Shown one piece after another: positions 59,941 through 64,000 of a DNA stretch of 64,000 bases. Under the pieces are notes generated by a model that made no database searches, was not told the DNA's origin, and saw nothing but the letters and a program-made list of their open reading frames with translations. This DNA comes from Squalus acanthias (taxonomy: Eukaryota), in NCBI GenBank assembly GCA_030390025.1, contig CM059432.1, forward strand, positions 60,886,001 to 60,950,000, read 5' to 3'. A program made the position numbers and the translations under genes. Each line of letters opens with the position of its first letter. Positions within the stretch are counted from its first letter, which is position 1.

Positions 59941-60533
59941 GAGTATGCAGCTTGTTTGCTTGACTGCTCCTGGGGCCACTGAATCTCACCAAGCCCGAAC
60001 TCTTTGCTTTGATGAGGAGACGTTGGAGCCATGATTTCCTGCCTAATTCTGGGGATGTAACTAGGCAGGTGGGGGTGATGATCTATTACACAGGATCTCT
60101 TCCCACTTTAGTCCCCACCATCATTTCCAGCGTACCACAAAGTGCCTGTCCATTTTTGGTTGGGTAGATATAAATGCAGCAGTAATGATGTGCTGATGCA
60201 TCCATCCCAGTTTCCATCATTACTGCTGCACTTGCATTTAATGGTGATCAGATCTGTGTAAAATAGTGTCCAGGATTTCAAGACACTGGGGGAAAGGTGG
60301 AAGTAAATTTAAAGAACCAAGCAACGGGGGCACATTAATGCCCGGGCTTGCAGAGCCCCTGTCCAGGAGATGCAGCCAAATATGGGGTCCCCGCCAGGCT
60401 CGGCCAGCCTCATCCAAAAGGCCTGTTACAATCTGATGAGCTCAGCCGCTGCTCAGCCTCAGCTGGGAACCCAGCTTAACTGAAGCAGAATAAAAACAGA
60501 CACATCAGGCAGCATCGGTGGAGAGAGAAACAG

Positions 60534-60570
60534 AGTTAACGTTTCAGGTCGATGACCTTTCGTCAGAACT
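60534..60570 (-). ncRNA. Minimal type I hammerhead ribozyme motif (core intact)
   Basis: Minus strand AGTT-CTGACGA-A-AGGTC-ATC-GACCT-GAAA-CGT-T-AACT. Confidence 0.75.
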
Positions 60571-62241
60571 GGAAAAAGTTAGAGATATAACAGTTTTTAA
60601 GCAAGTACAGAGGCAAAGAAAGGGGGGAGGGGAGGAAAGAACAAAAGGGAAGGTCTGTGATAGGATGGAAGACAGGAGAGATTAAATGACAAAAGGGATG
60701 ATGGTGCAAGGCCGAAGGGGCAGGTAAAGAAAAGAAACAAAAGATGGGTCTAGAGGAGCTGTAAATGGCAACAGCAGAACCAGTACTAGCACTTGCTGTC
60801 CAAAGAAATGGGAGCAGTGGTTATGATCTGAAATTGTTGAACTCAATTTTGAGTCTGGAAGGCTGTAAAGCACCTGATCGAAAGATGAGGTGCTGTTCCT
60901 CGAGCTTCCGTTGAGCTTCGTTGGAACAGTGGAGGAGGCCGAAGACAGAGAGGTCAGAGGAGGAGTGGGACGGAGAATTAAAACGGCAAGCCACCGGAAG
61001 TTCAGGGTCATGCTTGCAGACTGAATGAAGGTGTTCACCAAATCTATCACCCAATCTGCGTTTGGTCTCCCTAATGTAGAGGAGACCGCATCGTGAGCAG
61101 CGAATACAGTATACTAAATTGAAAGTACAAGTAAATCACTGTTTCACCTGGAAGCAGTGTTTGGGGCCCTGGATGGTGGGAAGAGAGGAGGTAAAAGGGC
61201 AGGTGTTGCATCTCCTGCGCATGAATGGGAAGGTGCCGTGGGAAGGGGAACGGGTGTTGGGGGTGATGGAAAAGTGGATCAGAGTATCGCAGAGGGAATG
61301 GTCCCTTCGGAATGCTGAAAGGGGAGGGGAAGATTTGTTTGGTGGTGGCATCCCGCTAGAGGTGGCAGAAATGGCAGAGGATAATCTGTTGTATGTGGAG
61401 GCTGGTAGGGTGGAAGGTGAGGACAAGGGGTACTCTATCATGGTTCTGGGAGAGAGGGGAAGGGGTGAAGGCAGAAATTAGGGAAATGGGACAGACATGG
61501 TTGACGGTCCTGTCAATCATGGTGGAGGGGAATCCTCGGTTGAGGAAAAAGTAAGACATATCAGGAGCACTGGTGTGGACGGTGGCATTGTCAGAACAGA
61601 TGTGATGGAGATGGAGAAACTGGGAGAATGGAATAGAGTCCTTAAAGGAAGCGGGGTGGAAGGAAGTGTAATCAAGGTAGCTGTGGTAGTCAGTGGGCTT
61701 ATAGCAGATATTGGTCGACAGCCTATCCCCAGAAATGGAGATAGAGAAGTCAAGGAAGAGAAGGGAAGAGTCGGAGATGGACCAGGTGAAGGCGAGGAAA
61801 TTGGAAGCAAAGCTGATGACATTTTCCAGTTCAGGGCAAGAGCAGGAAGTGACACCGATACACTCATCAATGTACCAGAAAAATGTTGAGGGAGGGGTCC
61901 TGTGCAGGACTGGAACAAAGAATGTTCCACATATCCCATGAAAAGGACCCATACGGTTTCCATAGCAACACCTTATATTTGGAGGAAGTGAGTGGAGTCA
62001 AAGGAGAAGTTGTTCAATGTAAGAACAAGTTCAACCAGGCAGAGGATGGTGTTGGTGAATAGTGATTGGTTGGGTCTCCATTCAAGGAAGAAGCAGAGGG
62101 CCCGCAGGCTGTCCTAACGGGGGATTGATGTGTAGAGGGACTGGACGTCTATGGTGAAAAGGAGATGGTTAGGGCCAGGAAACTGGAAAGGATTTTCTAA
62201 CCTTTTCCAGTTCTGAAGAAAAGTCATCGATCTGAAACATT

Positions 62242-63006
62242 GGGCTGGATTTTCTCAGCCCCGAGGAGGCAGACATGGAGGCAGAACTGCCGGTAAAGTA
62301 GCAGAAAGTGGGGGCGGATGGCAAAACTGCCCCCATCCTGCCTCCGTGCCCTTTTGCCAGGAGGTGGGAAGATGTGCTGCTTCGGGTCCCATCTCCTGGA
62401 GTCGGGAAAGGGATTAAATCCTTTTAACTGCCTGTTAACAGGGAGTTAACAGGCAGAAAAAAGGATTAGTGCCATTTTACCTTCTCAGGTGAAGGCTTCC
62501 CGACCTCGGAGAACCCCGCCAGGTTGGAGGAGACGTGAAGGAGGTCTGCGGGGGTCGGAGGCACCTGAAAGTAAGATGTAGAGGTAAGTGATGGGTGCAA
62601 GTGTGGAGTGGTAAGTATGGAAGATGAGTGCTAAGTGTTAAAAAATGTTCACTTACCTTGTCCTCCGACCCAACAGCCATCTGAAATCTACAAAGTTGAA
62701 AGGTTTGATGAGTCCTGAACACAAGGACTCATCAAACTACAGAGAATGTCAGTGTTTGACAGCTTCACAGAGCTGTCAAACACTGACATTTCTTCTTTCA
62801 AGAAGTCTTGACAGATAGCACGTCAGACGTTGACATGCTCTGTCAGTGACTTCCTCCTAATTGGCCTGCTGAGCCCGCAGGGTGGGCTTAACAAGGTCAA
62901 TCAGGGGAAAATCCCTCTGGTTGGCCAGAAGATGATGGAGGTGGGACATTGACCCGACAACCAGCAGTCCCGCCTCCAACTCGTCTCCATTGAGAAAATT
63001 CAGCCC
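62242..63006. mobile_element. Harbinger-type MITE (family of 9210-9909) inserted in the PLE hammerhead
   Basis: TIR GGGCTGGATTTTCTC / GAGAAAATTCAGCCC, ATT TSD. Confidence 0.9.
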
Positions 63007-63050
63007 ATTAACTCTGTTCTCTCTCCACAGATGCTGCCTGATCTGCTGAG

Positions 63051-63179
63051 CAATGTTCCCTTTAATTTTCTTTGGGGTGCATGGCCCTTTTAGTGGGCTT
63101 GCACGGTTTTTCCAATGTGAAGCCGGCAAGTGGCCTGCGCGGAACCTCCAGAGTGCTGTGTGGCTTAACAGGAACATTG
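63051..63179. mobile_element. hAT-type MITE (129 bp)
   Basis: TIR CAATGTTCC / GGAACATTG with perfect 8-bp TSD CTGCTGAG. Confidence 0.9.
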
Positions 63180-63682
63180 CTGCTGAGTATTTCCAGTATT
63201 TTCTGTTTTTATTTCAGATTTCCAGCATCCGCAGTCCGAATCCCACCATTTCTGCTGAAGGCCTGCTGCAGCCAATCTCAGCCTCCCCCTCCAGGCCTAA
63301 AAATGACCAATTACCCTGACCCAGAAAAATCGTCCAAGGTTATAGCACATCTGTGTGGCAGGTAGAACCCACATCCTGCTGAAGATCTGCTGGGATTCTA
63401 CAAAACTGGAAAATCACGACACTTAGTTCTTCATGGATTTTGGAACTATTTTTGTGTTTTTTCTCCTGCCAAATACCTTGCTGCAATTTGCTGTGGGACT
63501 ATCATTCCTCTCCTCCCCTTCAGACAGAGCACAATGGTTTTCCCATTGGGAATTCCTGTTAAGTTTGCTTCCTGGAAGAGGAGGAGGAGCAATGGAGGGA
63601 GGCCGGAATGGTGAGGCTGCACTGGAGTCACATGTACCTACCCCCACATCTGAGGATACAGGCGGAGGTGCTGTTAACTGCA

Positions 63683-63759
63683 TTTGCCTGAGGAGCAGGA
63701 GCACCCTTTGCCTGAGGAGCAGGAGCACCCTTTGCCTGAGGAGCAGGAGCACCCTTTGC
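63683..63759. repeat. 24-bp tandem repeat x3 (TTTGCCTGAGGAGCAGGAGCACCC)
   Basis: Three identical units. Confidence 0.95.
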
Positions 63760-64000
63760 TGACTGCAAGACACATTCAGGAAACCATCTATGGCATAAAT
63801 AATCCTGTATATCTTGCTCCCTTAAACCATTAACATGCCATCGCCTATTAACATTTCCAATGTACTCCAAATCACACAGCTCCTATTCATCTCAACAGAT
63901 ATGAGTAACTTCCAAACCTTGCAAAGAACAACAATTTCAGTGAAACCAAAAGTTTAATGTAATTTTTTTTCACCCCCTTAGTTTGGTGTCCATTATTTTT

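Larger units (their letters stand above)
60488..63235 (-). mobile_element. Penelope-like element (partial RT and GIY-YIG) with an inverted terminus at 62192-63235 split by two MITEs
   Basis: ORF 61356..61952 FFWYIDE...FLD...YKPTD..YL...HP...SIPFSQ (PLE RT/thumb); ORFs 61136..61441 and 60821..61054 GIY-YIG region. Confidence 0.9.

Noticed and set aside
60505..60535. Selective loss of a PLE splice acceptor in NOL4-sense copies
   Set aside because: The same AG is also lost in antisense and intergenic copies (56600, 321), so there is no orientation-specific signal.
62703..62737. TGATGAGTCC...GGAC as another hammerhead
   Set aside because: Lacks the leading C of CUGANGA and the GAAA box; it is a simple hairpin.
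63423..63870. Overlapping ORFs with repeated peptides (LLLRQRV, AKGAPAPQ)
   Set aside because: Explained by the 24-bp tandem repeat; no recognisable domain or convincing splice sites.
41175..64000. Further upstream NOL4 exon
   Set aside because: No ORF resembling the expected preceding exon was found by eye; it probably lies beyond the window, so the intron assignment is inferred.

Overview
Vertebrate genomic DNA, most likely a cartilaginous fish (inferred from the repeat repertoire, not proven). One host gene is visible: the last two coding exons and 3' UTR of a NOL4-family gene on the minus strand (exons 41174-40982 and 40286-40084); everything above 41175 is probably intron and everything below about 38500 intergenic. 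Most of the rest is nested transposable elements: many CR1 LINEs (one with an uninterrupted 858-codon ORF2), L2 remnants, GIY-YIG Penelope-like elements (PLEs) with minimal hammerhead-ribozyme motifs, degenerate Harbinger transposons plus many Harbinger-type MITEs, and a small hAT-type MITE family. Best candidates for something undescribed: (1) a ~3.2 kb single-ORF LINE whose 5' end is a tRNA-derived Pol III head, with a mobile SINE made of exactly that head plus the LINE's 3' tail; (2) Harbinger-type MITEs that repeatedly carry consensus splice donors, often on both strands; (3) PLE fold-back structures, including a 650-bp inverted repeat that captured flanking DNA, and a core-intact hammerhead in the sense strand of the putative NOL4 intron. 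All calls were made by eye; no searches were run and boundaries of old repeats are approximate.
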